The position numbers and the translations under genes were made by a program. From assembly GCA_963783645.1 (NCBI GenBank), contig CAWAOH010000010.1:26818-90817 (forward strand): a stretch of DNA of 64,000 bases, written 5' to 3'. Positions 28,294 through 37,280 of this stretch are shown piece by piece (within the stretch, counting starts at the first letter, position 1; each line of letters begins with the position of its first letter). Below the pieces are notes generated by a model that had not been told where the DNA came from, did no database searches, and saw only the letters and a list, made by a program, of their open reading frames with translations. Source of the DNA: Candidatus Bathyarchaeota archaeon (GTDB lineage: Archaea; Thermoproteota; Bathyarchaeia; 40CM-2-53-6).

Positions 28294-29463
28294 ATGCGCA
28301 CAGATTATTCGGAAGCGCCCATTTTCGTTTGTTGGGAAACTACCAAAGCTTGTCTTCTGGCTTGCAGACATTGCAGGGCCAAAGCGATTCGAATCAGGCA
28401 GAGCGGAGAGCTTACCCACGCGCAAGGTTTGAAACTCATCGACCAGCTCGTTGAGTTTGGAGAACCATATCCAGCACTCTTACTCACTGGTGGAGATCCG
28501 CTGATGCGTCATGATTTCTTTGAACTTATCGAATATGCAAAGAGCCTTGGGATTTACGTGGCGGTAGCCGCCAGCGTTACACCGAGGTTGAACGAGACCT
28601 CAATCTCACGCATGAGAGATCTAGGAGTAGACATTATGTCAGTGAGTCTTGACGGAGCATTACCTGAAACTCATGATCGACTCAGAGGGATAAAAGGGAC
28701 CTGGAAGGCCACTATTGATGCACTTAGAATGGCGAGAGAGTTAGGCTTGCGGACTCAGACCAACACGACGGTGATGCGGAGTAACATCAACGAACTGGCC
28801 GACATCTTTCACATCGCGAAAGACAACGGGGCAGTTGCCTGGGAGGTTTTCTTCTTAATCCGAACCGGGCGAGGCGCGTCTATGGAAAGCCTCGATGCAT
28901 GTGAATGTGAAGAAGTCATGAACTTTCTCTACGATGCTGCGCTCTATGGGATTCCCGTGAGAACAGCTGAGGGTCCAAGCTTCAGACGAGTGCGTATTGA
29001 ACGAGAAAAGACCGTCAAAGAACCTTCAGGAGAGATCTATCGCAGGCTAATTGGCAGATTGCGAATGCTTGAAGGAATACCGGGGGGTTCACCCATGTTC
29101 AAATTATCTCACACAGCGGATGGGCGAGGGATATTGTTTGTCGGTCACAGGGGCGAAGTGTATCCGAGCGGCTTTTTGCCGGTTGACTGTGGCCGTGTTC
29201 CAAAAGATAATTTGCTTGAGATCTATCGTTCTCACCTATTTTTCAGGGCATTGCGAGATCCAGCTAGCCTCAAAGGAAGGTGTGGGATTTGTGAATACAA
29301 GTCTGTGTGTGGCGGTTCGAGGTCGCGAGCTTTCGCTGAGATGAATGACCCGTTCCAGGAAGATCCTATCTGCCCATACCTTCCTGCAGGTCACGGTGCC
29401 CAACAAGATCAGACTTGCTCCACTCAGACGTCTGGGGCAATCAAAAGTATACCCAATGAGTAG
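28294..29463 (+). CDS. radical SAM / SPASM-domain enzyme (AhbD/NirJ-like clade)
   Basis: 'WETTKACLLACRHCRA' (Cx3Cx2C), 'LLLTGGDPLMRHDFFELIEYA', 'SLDGALPETHDRLRGIKG', C-terminal SPASM 'LKGRCGICEYKSVCGGSRSRAF...DPICPY'. The ORF track starts at TTG 28273. Confidence 0.8.
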   Translation: MRTDYSEAPIFVCWETTKACLLACRHCRAKAIRIRQSGELTHAQGLKLIDQLVEFGEPYPALLLTGGDPLMRHDFFELIEYAKSLGIYVAVAASVTPRLNETSISRMRDLGVDIMSVSLDGALPETHDRLRGIKGTWKATIDALRMARELGLRTQTNTTVMRSNINELADIFHIAKDNGAVAWEVFFLIRTGRGASMESLDACECEEVMNFLYDAALYGIPVRTAEGPSFRRVRIEREKTVKEPSGEIYRRLIGRLRMLEGIPGGSPMFKLSHTADGRGILFVGHRGEVYPSGFLPVDCGRVPKDNLLEIYRSHLFFRALRDPASLKGRCGICEYKSVCGGSRSRAFAEMNDPFQEDPICPYLPAGHGAQQDQTCSTQTSGAIKSIPNE

Positions 29464-29529
29464 TCCTACATGGTGCATCGACTAGGTTGCCATCGAGTAT
29501 TCTTCTTCGGTCTCCGTTTCTGAGAAATG

Positions 29530-30345
29530 TCATGAATGGAAGAGAGCTGCTCCGTAAAGCAGGAAAAAGCCGAGTAGAACTGCGAGAGATATTCGAATCC
29601 ATTGCGAATAGGTTACTTCCTTCCCATTGTTCCCTTCGAATATTGGTCTTATTACTTGCAGTATCACGGAGAGTGCTGCTCCGCCTCCCATCGCAAAGAA
29701 GTAGGAGGAATCTATCGGAACGTAATAGGCTACAGCTTCACCAATTACCGACGGAATACCAAATGCCAGCCCCACAATTACGGTCTGCCACAGTTGCTTA
29801 CGAATCGACAAGTCCTGAGTTCTTGCCAAAGCAACAAAGACTACGATCACTATTGTTGATTCAAGCAGCTTGTGTAGGACGTAGGATAGGCCTCCACCAA
29901 CTCCGCCAATTGCATCTAGCACGCTAGTTGCCTGCGTACCCGCCGCTGTTCCTCCGAACTCCAATCCTTCACCGATTCCATGAATACTCATTCCGAGGCC
30001 GACGAGCATTGCTAGGAGAAGATGGAAGATGCTGGCTTTCGCCATGCTTTGTTTTCTTGGGCTTCGTCCACCAAGCAGAGCAACCAAAAGGAAACCCGTG
30101 ATGAAGAGCACAACGAGACCTGTCTGATGGAAGCCGAAGGCATATCCGTCATTGACACCCAGCTGTACTGCATCATTCATCGTATCGAAGAAGAACCAGA
30201 ACAGCAATCCAAGAGCATAGGCAGAGAAATAGCGAGTGTTAACTTGGGTGATATTACTGAGAGCGACCACGGAAAACATCCCAATGTAGATTGGGATAAA
30301 TGTCGCTAGCACGAATTCAATGAAAGATACGCTGAACTCTATCAT
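29530..30345 (-). CDS. polytopic membrane protein, ZIP-like divalent-metal permease (weak)
   Basis: ~8 TM segments. 'SIHGIGEGLEFG' and 'VLHKLLES' resemble the H-x-x-x-E-G motifs of ZIP/ZupT TM4/TM5. Confidence 0.4.
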   Translation of the reverse strand: MIEFSVSFIEFVLATFIPIYIGMFSVVALSNITQVNTRYFSAYALGLLFWFFFDTMNDAVQLGVNDGYAFGFHQTGLVVLFITGFLLVALLGGRSPRKQSMAKASIFHLLLAMLVGLGMSIHGIGEGLEFGGTAAGTQATSVLDAIGGVGGGLSYVLHKLLESTIVIVVFVALARTQDLSIRKQLWQTVIVGLAFGIPSVIGEAVAYYVPIDSSYFFAMGGGAALSVILQVIRPIFEGNNGKEVTYSQWIRISLAVLLGFFLLYGAALFHS

Positions 30346-30523
30346 GTTTCTCGCCGTCGCGCTGACGACGTCAGGTAAATGATAGCCTTTTTGGTACAGT
30401 CAAATGAGTATTGCAAGAATTTTAGACTGACTATCTGGTCTTCTCGGACACTTTGGCCAGGCGGAACATGTAAACGTTCTTCTGTTTGCATCCACATTAG
30501 ACGATTGTTCAAGTGTCTTTTCA

Positions 30524-30994
30524 ATGATTCGCTCGAAGAAAATGATCGTAGTGAGTGTTGTGATATTGCTGGTTGTTTCCCTTATCGTTATTGCGACTGG
30601 CGGCATTTTCAACTTGACTAGTCAGGCTTCCAATGCCCCTCCGTCAATCGTGGTCACAAAATCAACTTGCGATCGGCCACCTGGGTTCATTCTCATAATT
30701 GCTGACCTTTCAGGCTTCAATGACAGCATAGGTCACGGGGCACCTCTTCATCCATGGCCAGTTATTCGCATACAGAGGGGACAAATGGTCCGGTTTGTGG
30801 TGTGCAACCATGACACGACGCAACCTCATGGTTTTGCGATAAGGTATTACCTAGATGCTGGAATAGCGATGGCTCCTGGTGACGCATATCAGATGGTCTT
30901 CCCGGCAACTGAGACAGGTACCTTTGATATATTCTGCAACATCTTCTGTACGATTCACGTTTTCATGCGTGGTCAGCTAATTGTATCAGGCTGA
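30524..30994 (+). CDS. membrane-anchored type-1 (blue) copper protein, amicyanin/halocyanin-like cupredoxin
   Basis: N-terminal TM anchor. C-terminal 'FDIFCNIFCTIHVFMRGQLIV' compares with amicyanin 'CTPHPFMRGKVVV' (C-x2-H-x2-M), and there is an upstream His in 'QPHGFAI'. Confidence 0.6.
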   Translation: MIRSKKMIVVSVVILLVVSLIVIATGGIFNLTSQASNAPPSIVVTKSTCDRPPGFILIIADLSGFNDSIGHGAPLHPWPVIRIQRGQMVRFVVCNHDTTQPHGFAIRYYLDAGIAMAPGDAYQMVFPATETGTFDIFCNIFCTIHVFMRGQLIVSG

Positions 30995-31070
30995 TCGAAT
31001 AGGGACTACTAGTACCGAAGCATGCCAAGCAAACTGGCAGCACATCAAATGAATCGATGTTACGGGACAT

Positions 31071-31760
31071 TCAACGTGGTATGGGTGAAGTGAAGTATTT
31101 GAAAAGCCAGTACGGGACTAGAAAACCTTCGAAAACGAACATCATTATCATCATCGCTAAACCAAATTGGGCCTGTTGGGTAATCGGATAGATAGAATAG
31201 AAACGATTGTACCCTGCCCCAGATGTGACAAGCAGAACAACTCCAAAGATCCCCATAGCTTTACAACCCAATATCGCCGCCATCTTACGCGTCCTTCCGC
31301 TGAGAAAACCCGCTCCAATGAAAATCAGAATCCCAGCGAAAAGAAGCGACATGTGCATAATCACATGTAATCCGAAATTAAGCAAAGCAGAATCAAGAAC
31401 TGTGGGAACGTGCCAGTAAACAATTATCAATGCAGCCACAGTCAAGCTGGGAACTCCTCCCTTGTTTAACCTGCTGTTTAGTGAACCAAAGTCAGAGATC
31501 ACTTCAACTGATAGTAATTCCTGAAGCGAATAAGCCGCCAGGACGCCAGCCAACAGGAGCAGCAGGTCAGAAAACATGATGAAGACTTCCGGCGCCACGT
31601 TGAAGTTTGCCGTCAATGCCCAGTAAAGATAGTCGATGAGCTCAAAGGGCGGAAACATGGAAATCATGAGAGCGATACTCAAGGTAAGAGCCGTCAAACC
31701 ACGGATGAATTTATGCGTGACCGCGGCGTCGCTGAACTTGTCAGACCTTGACATCGCCAA
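31071..31760 (-). CDS. membrane protein, caa3-CtaG / DUF1404-like (copper-insertion factor-like)
   Basis: Seven hydrophobic segments. 'YWHVPTVLDSALLNFGLHVIMHMSLLFAGILIF' resembles the W-H-x-P...H-x3-H core of CtaG/DUF1404 proteins. Confidence 0.45.
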   Translation of the reverse strand: MAMSRSDKFSDAAVTHKFIRGLTALTLSIALMISMFPPFELIDYLYWALTANFNVAPEVFIMFSDLLLLLAGVLAAYSLQELLSVEVISDFGSLNSRLNKGGVPSLTVAALIIVYWHVPTVLDSALLNFGLHVIMHMSLLFAGILIFIGAGFLSGRTRKMAAILGCKAMGIFGVVLLVTSGAGYNRFYSIYPITQQAQFGLAMMIMMFVFEGFLVPYWLFKYFTSPIPR

Positions 31761-31869
31761 ACCCCCGAGATTGGTAGATCAGATCATGTAAATAGCTCGT
31801 TTGAATCGTCTTCCTGAATCTGCAATTTTCGCTATATTTGCCTCGGACAAAATATTCGAATAAATACTC

Positions 31870-31886
31870 ATATAACGAACGTTAAA
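31870..31886 (+). promoter_or_regulatory. ATATAACGAACGTTAAA box (identical to 28205..28221) in the CtaG-like/TetR divergent intergenic region
   Basis: Exact 17-nt identity; 33 nt upstream of ATG 31919. Confidence 0.6.
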
Positions 31887-31918
31887 TACACCAACTTTCA
31901 GCCACCACCAAGGAAGAG

Positions 31919-32408
31919 ATGAGATATCACGGCCTCACACCCCTCTTCTCAGCAACATATTCTAGATGTAGCAAAGGCACTCTTTACGAGGAAAGGATTC
32001 TCAAATGTTTCAATACGTGATATTTGTCGAGAGGCGCGTGTGACGGCTCCTACTGTCTATTATTATTTCAAAAACAAAGAGGCCCTTTTTGAGGCGGTTG
32101 TTCGCGAAACGATAACCATGCAGAGATTCACAACTCTCCTCAGCAGTGAATGTAAGAAGGCGAAAGATCCGAGCTCGCAAATTCGAACTTTTGTTCGCGT
32201 TTATCTTTTCTCTTTCCCGAGTAAACTGATTAACACAGGACTTTACCTTCGGGGTTCAACTCAGCTTGATGCTGTAGGCGCACAAACTCTGCTCAAAGAG
32301 CTAGCACATGTTGAATCACTGCTGGTGCGAATTATTCGCGACGGAATAAGCAGCGGGGATTTTGCGAAACTGACTCGCAAATGGCTTCAGGATGCCTCCT
32401 TGGAATGA
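31919..32408 (+). CDS. TetR-family transcriptional regulator, interrupted by a 1-nt frameshift near the 5' end
   Basis: HTH 'ILDVAKALFTRKGFSNVSIRDICREARVTAPTVYYYFKNKEALF' is in frame with ORF 32040..32408 but has no start of its own. ATG 31919 joins it ('MRYHGLTPSSQQHILD') if the C4 run at 31940-31943 is shortened by one. Confidence 0.7.
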
Positions 32409-32533
32409 TGAACCGATTCATCTTTCAAAGGATTCACTTCAGACGAAATTATAGGGCAGTTGAAGCGGCGTCGTATTTGTCGGATTTCTTTCTCAGGGCG
32501 ATGAAAGCAAAGGAGAATTAAGAGGTAGCCATT

Positions 32534-33451
32534 ATGCTGAAAACTCGCATACTTGTAGGCACTAGAGGAAGCCAACTTGCACTCGCGCAAACTAATCAAG
32601 TCATCGAGGAATTGAAACGGGCAGTACCGAGGCTGAAGTGTGAAGTCGTACCCATTCGAACTAAGGGCGACAATATGCATGAACTTGACACGTCCGTCGA
32701 AGGAAAAGGCATCTTTACCAAGGAAATCGAAGAGGCGTTGATCCAAGGCCGGGTCGACATTGCGGTTCACAGCATGAAGGACCTCTCCGTAGACCTGTCA
32801 GCTAACGTTACCATTGCAGCTGTCCCAAAGAGAGGAAACCCACATGATGTTCTGGTCTCGCGTGAGAAGAGGAGATTTTCACAGTTGCCATCCGGAGCGC
32901 GAGTCGGAACGAGTAGTCCGAGAAGGAAGGCGCAGCTATTGGCTGCTCGCGGAGACCTTGAAATTGTCGATATTCATGGGAATGTAGATACACGTTTCAG
33001 GAAACTTGCGAGCGGAGCTTATGACGCGATCGTAGTGGCGGCGGCGGGTCTGGAACGACTTCACCTGGATCGTAATGCCACAGAGGTTCTACCAACTAAT
33101 TTGATGCTCCCAGCAGTTGGGCAAGGTGCACTCGCAGTCCAGAGCAGAAAGGGAAATCAGGAGATTACGGAGTTGGTCATCAAGATTGATCATCCCATCA
33201 CAAGAAGCGAGATCGAGGCGGAGAGAGCTTTTGCTAAGAAGTTGGGAGCAAATTGTAGAACGCCTATAGCGGCGTACGCAAGATCTGATTCATCGAAGCT
33301 GACCATTGAAGGAATGGTTTCGTCTCCAAACGGACGAATGCTTATTCGAGGTCGATTAACTTCGAATAATCCAGATTCTAGCCAGATTGGAGAAGAACTG
33401 GCAAAAAACCTTCTAGACAAGGGAGCTGAGGCACTGTTGGAGGATTTGTGA
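32534..33451 (+). CDS. hemC: porphobilinogen deaminase (hydroxymethylbilane synthase)
   Basis: 'ILVGTRGSQLALAQTN', 'AVHSMKDL', 'VGTSSPRRKAQL', 'GNVDTR', 'GANCRTPIAAYA'. Confidence 0.9.
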   Translation: MLKTRILVGTRGSQLALAQTNQVIEELKRAVPRLKCEVVPIRTKGDNMHELDTSVEGKGIFTKEIEEALIQGRVDIAVHSMKDLSVDLSANVTIAAVPKRGNPHDVLVSREKRRFSQLPSGARVGTSSPRRKAQLLAARGDLEIVDIHGNVDTRFRKLASGAYDAIVVAAAGLERLHLDRNATEVLPTNLMLPAVGQGALAVQSRKGNQEITELVIKIDHPITRSEIEAERAFAKKLGANCRTPIAAYARSDSSKLTIEGMVSSPNGRMLIRGRLTSNNPDSSQIGEELAKNLLDKGAEALLEDL

Positions 33452-34235
33452 TGCAAGCAACCACAATGCCGCTTTCGGGTAAGCGAATACTAGTTACGCG
33501 ATCTGCAGGTCAGGCAATGAGTCTCTCGAAGAAGCTTCGGTATTTAGGAGCGATAACAATCGAAATTCCAACTATCGAAATTAGGCCTCCTCCAGATTTT
33601 GATCCAATTGACGATTCTATAAGAAATCTCAGCGGGTATGATTGGATAATATTCACGAGTGTCCATGCGGTTGATTTCTTTTTCCGACGAATGGGTATTC
33701 TACAAGTTCCTGTCTCTGCTCTAGGTCTTCTTAGAATCGCTGCAATAGGTTCGGCAACCTCATCCGCAATAGAGCGGGCTGGTAGAAAGCCTGACTATGT
33801 TCCTTCAGACTTTCTCTCTGAGCGTATCGCCATAGGTCTCGGTGAGTTACGGGGGAAGCGTGTTCTGCTGCCTCGGGCTGATATTGCCTCTAAGAATTTA
33901 CCGCTTCTATTGCGTGACAAAGGGGCATCTGTAGATGAGATCGTGGCCTACGAGACTGTCCCACCGCAAAATTGAACTTCGATAGATTGAGGGTAGTCCT
34001 CAATTCAGGTGTAGATATAGTGACTTTCACGAGCCCCTCGACAGTACGTAATTTTGCAAATGCAGTCGGACATACAGATGTCGGGAGATTTTTGAGTAAC
34101 GCAAGGGTAGTTTGCATTGGACCCGTTACAGCTGAAGCAGCGAGAGATCTAGGTATAAATGTGAATGTCGTTGCGAGACCTCACACAATAGATGCATTGG
34201 TGGAGGCAATTGTAAGTGACATCAGAAATCTATGA
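33448..34235 (+). CDS. hemD: uroporphyrinogen-III synthase, interrupted by a 1-nt frameshift (33448..33975 + 33972..34235)
   Basis: 'GKRILVTRSAGQA', 'DWIIFTSVHAV', 'VDIVTFTSPSTVRNF'. The frames rejoin ('ETVPPQKLNFDRL') if the A4 run at 33968-33971 is lengthened by one. Confidence 0.8.
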
Positions 34236-35226
34236 AACCTCGAACAGGTTCACATTCACGCAGAGACCGCGTCGACTACGACGATTAGAGGCTCTGCGTC
34301 GTCTTGTAAGAGAAACGAGGTTGTCAAGTTCTGATCTGGTGTATCCAATGTTTGTTGACGCTAGGATTAGCTCGCGAGAACCGATTCCTCCAATGCCAGG
34401 TATCTACAAATTTGCTCTCTCCGAATTAGAGGAAGAGGCATCCGAAATCGCATCGTTGAAGATACCTGCAATTCTACTTTTCGGACTACCAGAGAACAAG
34501 GACCCGATGGCAAGCGAAGCCTACGCAGCCAATGGGATCGTGCAACAAGCGATACACCTCATAAAGAAATCCGCGCCTGAACTGGTGGTAATATCTGATG
34601 TTTGTCTTTGTCAGTACACTGACCATGGTCATTGCGGACTTGTGAGAGACGGGACAATAGACAATGATGAGTCTTTAGAACTTCTCTCGAAAATCGCTGT
34701 CTCACATGCAAAGGCAGGCGCTGACATTGTGGGACCAAGCGCGATGATGGATGGCCAGGTCAAAGCGATCCGAAATGGATTAGATGAAAGTGAGCTGAGT
34801 GACACAGCAATCATGGCATATTCAGCTAAATTCGCTTCGTCGTTTTACGGACCTTTCAGAGAAGCAGCAGAGTCAACCCCTCTCTGGGGAGACAGGCGCA
34901 CATACCAAATGGATCCCGCGAACAAAAAGGAAGCCATTCGTGAAATCGGTTTGGATATTGAGGAGGGTGCGGATATCGTGATGGTAAAGCCTGCTCTAGG
35001 ATATCTTGACATACTAAGTCAAGCCAGAAGCCAATTCAATACACCACTCGCAGCGTTCAATGTGAGCGGAGAATATGCCATGATCAAAGCTGCAGGAGGG
35101 AGAGGATGGATAGATGAAAGAGCAGTCGCGATGGAAGTACTAACTTCAATCAAGCGTGCTGGTGCAGACATCATAATAACGTATTTCGCGAAAACGACTG
35201 CCCGCCAATTGCAGGAACGAACATGA
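34216..35226 (+). CDS. hemB: porphobilinogen synthase (ALA dehydratase), Zn-type
   Basis: 'RPRRLRR', 'LVYPMFV', Cys triad 'DVCLCQYTDHGHCG', 'VMVKPALGYLDI', 'VSGEYAMIKAA'. Confidence 0.9.
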   Translation: MTSEIYETSNRFTFTQRPRRLRRLEALRRLVRETRLSSSDLVYPMFVDARISSREPIPPMPGIYKFALSELEEEASEIASLKIPAILLFGLPENKDPMASEAYAANGIVQQAIHLIKKSAPELVVISDVCLCQYTDHGHCGLVRDGTIDNDESLELLSKIAVSHAKAGADIVGPSAMMDGQVKAIRNGLDESELSDTAIMAYSAKFASSFYGPFREAAESTPLWGDRRTYQMDPANKKEAIREIGLDIEEGADIVMVKPALGYLDILSQARSQFNTPLAAFNVSGEYAMIKAAGGRGWIDERAVAMEVLTSIKRAGADIIITYFAKTTARQLQERT

Positions 35227-35948
35227 TGAAAACCCAGGTATCATCATTGCCAAATCAGGTTCAAGCTACTGAGCGGGAATTCCTGAAATACACCTTCTTC
35301 AAGGTCGATCCGCAATGGAGACGGCTAGACGAAAGCCAAAGGAAGGCGAGCAAAGAGCAATTTGCTCTACTCGTGGAGGATTTCGGGAAAAACAATCTTG
35401 TTAAACCATATTCTCTCGTAGGTATCCGTGGCGATGCTGACTTTCTCCTTTGGAACATCAGCAGAGGTCTGGAAGAACTTCGATCATTCATCTCTAAACT
35501 TCTGAAATCAGAACTCGGGAAATATCTGACTCTGCCCTATTCGTATCTCGCCATTACTCGGAAGTCAGAGTATTTGGGGAGCCATGAGCACGCTGGACAA
35601 GATGGAGTAACTTTACAGCTTCCAGGAGGTTCTAGATACCTCTTCGTTTATCCTTTCATAAAGAAACGCAAGTGGTATTTCTTGCCTCATGAAGAAAGAA
35701 CATTGATGATGACGCATCATTTCAAGATTGGACACAAATATCCGTCAGTAAGAATCCACACCGGATACTCCTTCGGACTCGATGACCAAGAATTTGTACT
35801 AGCTTTCGAGACGGACGAACCTACAGATTTCTCAGAACTTGTAATGGAGTTGAGAGGCAGCGAAGCTAGTCGATACACGGCGCTTGAAACGCCAATATTC
35901 ACATGTGTACAGATGAAGGTTAGAGAGATTCTGGATCTGCTCGGTTAA
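35223..35948 (+). CDS. hemQ: chlorite-dismutase-family protein, coproheme decarboxylase-like (HemQ/ChdC)
   Basis: 'YTFFKVDPQWRRL', 'ADFLLWNIS', 'YLFVYPFIKKRKWYFLP', 'HFKIGHKYP', plus its position inside the heme cluster. Confidence 0.75.
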   Translation: MMKTQVSSLPNQVQATEREFLKYTFFKVDPQWRRLDESQRKASKEQFALLVEDFGKNNLVKPYSLVGIRGDADFLLWNISRGLEELRSFISKLLKSELGKYLTLPYSYLAITRKSEYLGSHEHAGQDGVTLQLPGGSRYLFVYPFIKKRKWYFLPHEERTLMMTHHFKIGHKYPSVRIHTGYSFGLDDQEFVLAFETDEPTDFSELVMELRGSEASRYTALETPIFTCVQMKVREILDLLG

Positions 35949-35967
35949 CCTCCATTTGTGATTTAAC

Positions 35968-36246
35968 TTGAAGATCAAGAATTCCAAGGAGCTCTACGAG
36001 AGGGCGTCAAATACTCTCGTCGGAGGAGCTGACAGTCCAGTCAGCGTCTTCAGAGCCGTTGGGGGAACTCCTCTATTTATTCGAAGAGCTCACGGGTCAA
36101 AGATTGAAGACGAAGACGGAAACTCTTACATTGATTTCGTTTGTTCATGGGGAGCGGTAATTCTCGGCTCGGCTCATCCTAAGCTGTGCGCTAAGGCTGC
36201 GAAAGGCGGATTTCGAATGGTAAGGACTAAAGGCGCTAACAGTTGA
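35968..36246 (+). pseudogene. hemL: glutamate-1-semialdehyde 2,1-aminomutase, N-terminal ~75-80 residues only
   Basis: 'LVGGADSPVSVFRAVGGTPLFIRRAHGSKIEDEDGNSYIDFVCSWGAVILGSAHPKL' matches the HemL N-terminus. The reading frame ends after 92 codons, overlapping the hemE start, whereas full-length HemL is ~430 aa. Confidence 0.7.
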
Positions 36247-37277
36247 ATGACCGATTCATCAAGGCATGTCGCAGAGAGAGATCTGACGGTACTCCTGTCT
36301 GGTTCATGCGTCAAGCTGGACGCTTTCTACCGGAATATAGGAAGATACGAGAAAAGCACAGTCTGATGGACATTTGCAAGGACCCTGATTTATGCGCGGA
36401 AGTCTCAACGCTACCAGTTGACGTCCTAGACGTCGATGCAGCCATACTGTTTGCTGATATCATGCTCCCATTGGAAGGCATGGGTGTCAAATTCGAAATC
36501 ACTGATGGAGTTGGCCCAGTTATCCTGAGTTCACTGAACGACTTTCAAAGCGTGAACTCATTAACCAATCTGGATCCTGATTCTGATGTACCTTTTGTCA
36601 TGGAAGCAATTTCTGCAACAAAGAAGAAGCTCGACTCGCGCGTACCATTGATCGGATTCTGTGGAGCACCATTCACACTAGCGAGTTACCTGATCGAAGG
36701 ACATGCAACAAGGGATTATGTCGAAACTAAGAAACTAATGTACAAGGACCCCAAGACTTGGCATCTATTGATGGACAAGCTTTCAACTTCGATGGGGCTT
36801 TACTTGAGAGCCCAAGTGAACGCAGGCGTCGATGCCGTTCAGTTATTTGACAGTTGGGTTGGCTGCCTAAGCCCCTCGGATTATCACAAGTATGCACTAC
36901 CCTATTCACGTAGAGTATTCAGTTATCTTAAGGACCTGACGACTCCTTGTATTCATTTTGGGACCGGAACCGCTGCCATACTGGACGATATGAAACAGGC
37001 TGGAGGCGATGTTTTCAGCATTGATTGGCGGATTCCAATAGATGTTGCATGGCAAAAGCTAGGATATGATGTAGCCATTCAAGGGAACCTGGACCCAGCT
37101 GTGCTTTTGGCGGATAGCAACTTAGTCAAAGCTCAAGTTGCTGACATCTTGATGAGAGTCGGAAACAAGCCAGGACATATCTTCAACCTAGGCCACGGGA
37201 TACTGCCGGACACGCCACAAGACAATGTCAGACAAGTCGTGGAGTTTGTTCATGAACAGACTAAAGCGAGAGCTTAG
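36243..37277 (+). CDS. hemE: uroporphyrinogen decarboxylase
   Basis: 'NDRFIKACRRERSDGTPVWFMRQAGRFLPEYR', 'FDSW', 'NLGHGI'. TTG start overlapping the hemL-stub stop. Confidence 0.9.
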   Translation: MNDRFIKACRRERSDGTPVWFMRQAGRFLPEYRKIREKHSLMDICKDPDLCAEVSTLPVDVLDVDAAILFADIMLPLEGMGVKFEITDGVGPVILSSLNDFQSVNSLTNLDPDSDVPFVMEAISATKKKLDSRVPLIGFCGAPFTLASYLIEGHATRDYVETKKLMYKDPKTWHLLMDKLSTSMGLYLRAQVNAGVDAVQLFDSWVGCLSPSDYHKYALPYSRRVFSYLKDLTTPCIHFGTGTAAILDDMKQAGGDVFSIDWRIPIDVAWQKLGYDVAIQGNLDPAVLLADSNLVKAQVADILMRVGNKPGHIFNLGHGILPDTPQDNVRQVVEFVHEQTKARA

Positions 37278-37280
37278 GAC

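Noticed and set aside
30524-30994. Cytochrome oxidase subunit II / CuA-domain interpretation of the cupredoxin.
   Set aside because: The ligand loop is one residue shorter than CuA (C-x3-C-x2-H rather than C-x3-C-x3-H). It matches the amicyanin-type T1 loop closely, and no oxidase subunit I is adjacent. It is kept as an open question in the findings.
28205-31886. The two identical 17-mers as direct repeats (att sites or target duplication) bounding a 3.6-kb island.
   Set aside because: The same core recurs three times at 56.2 kb in a promoter context, both copies sit at promoter distance from starts, and there is no integrase or recombinase. An operator interpretation is preferred.
32387-32770. 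127-aa minus-strand ORF.
   Set aside because: It overlaps the 3' end of the TetR gene and the 5' part of hemC on the opposite strand, and no motif was recognised.
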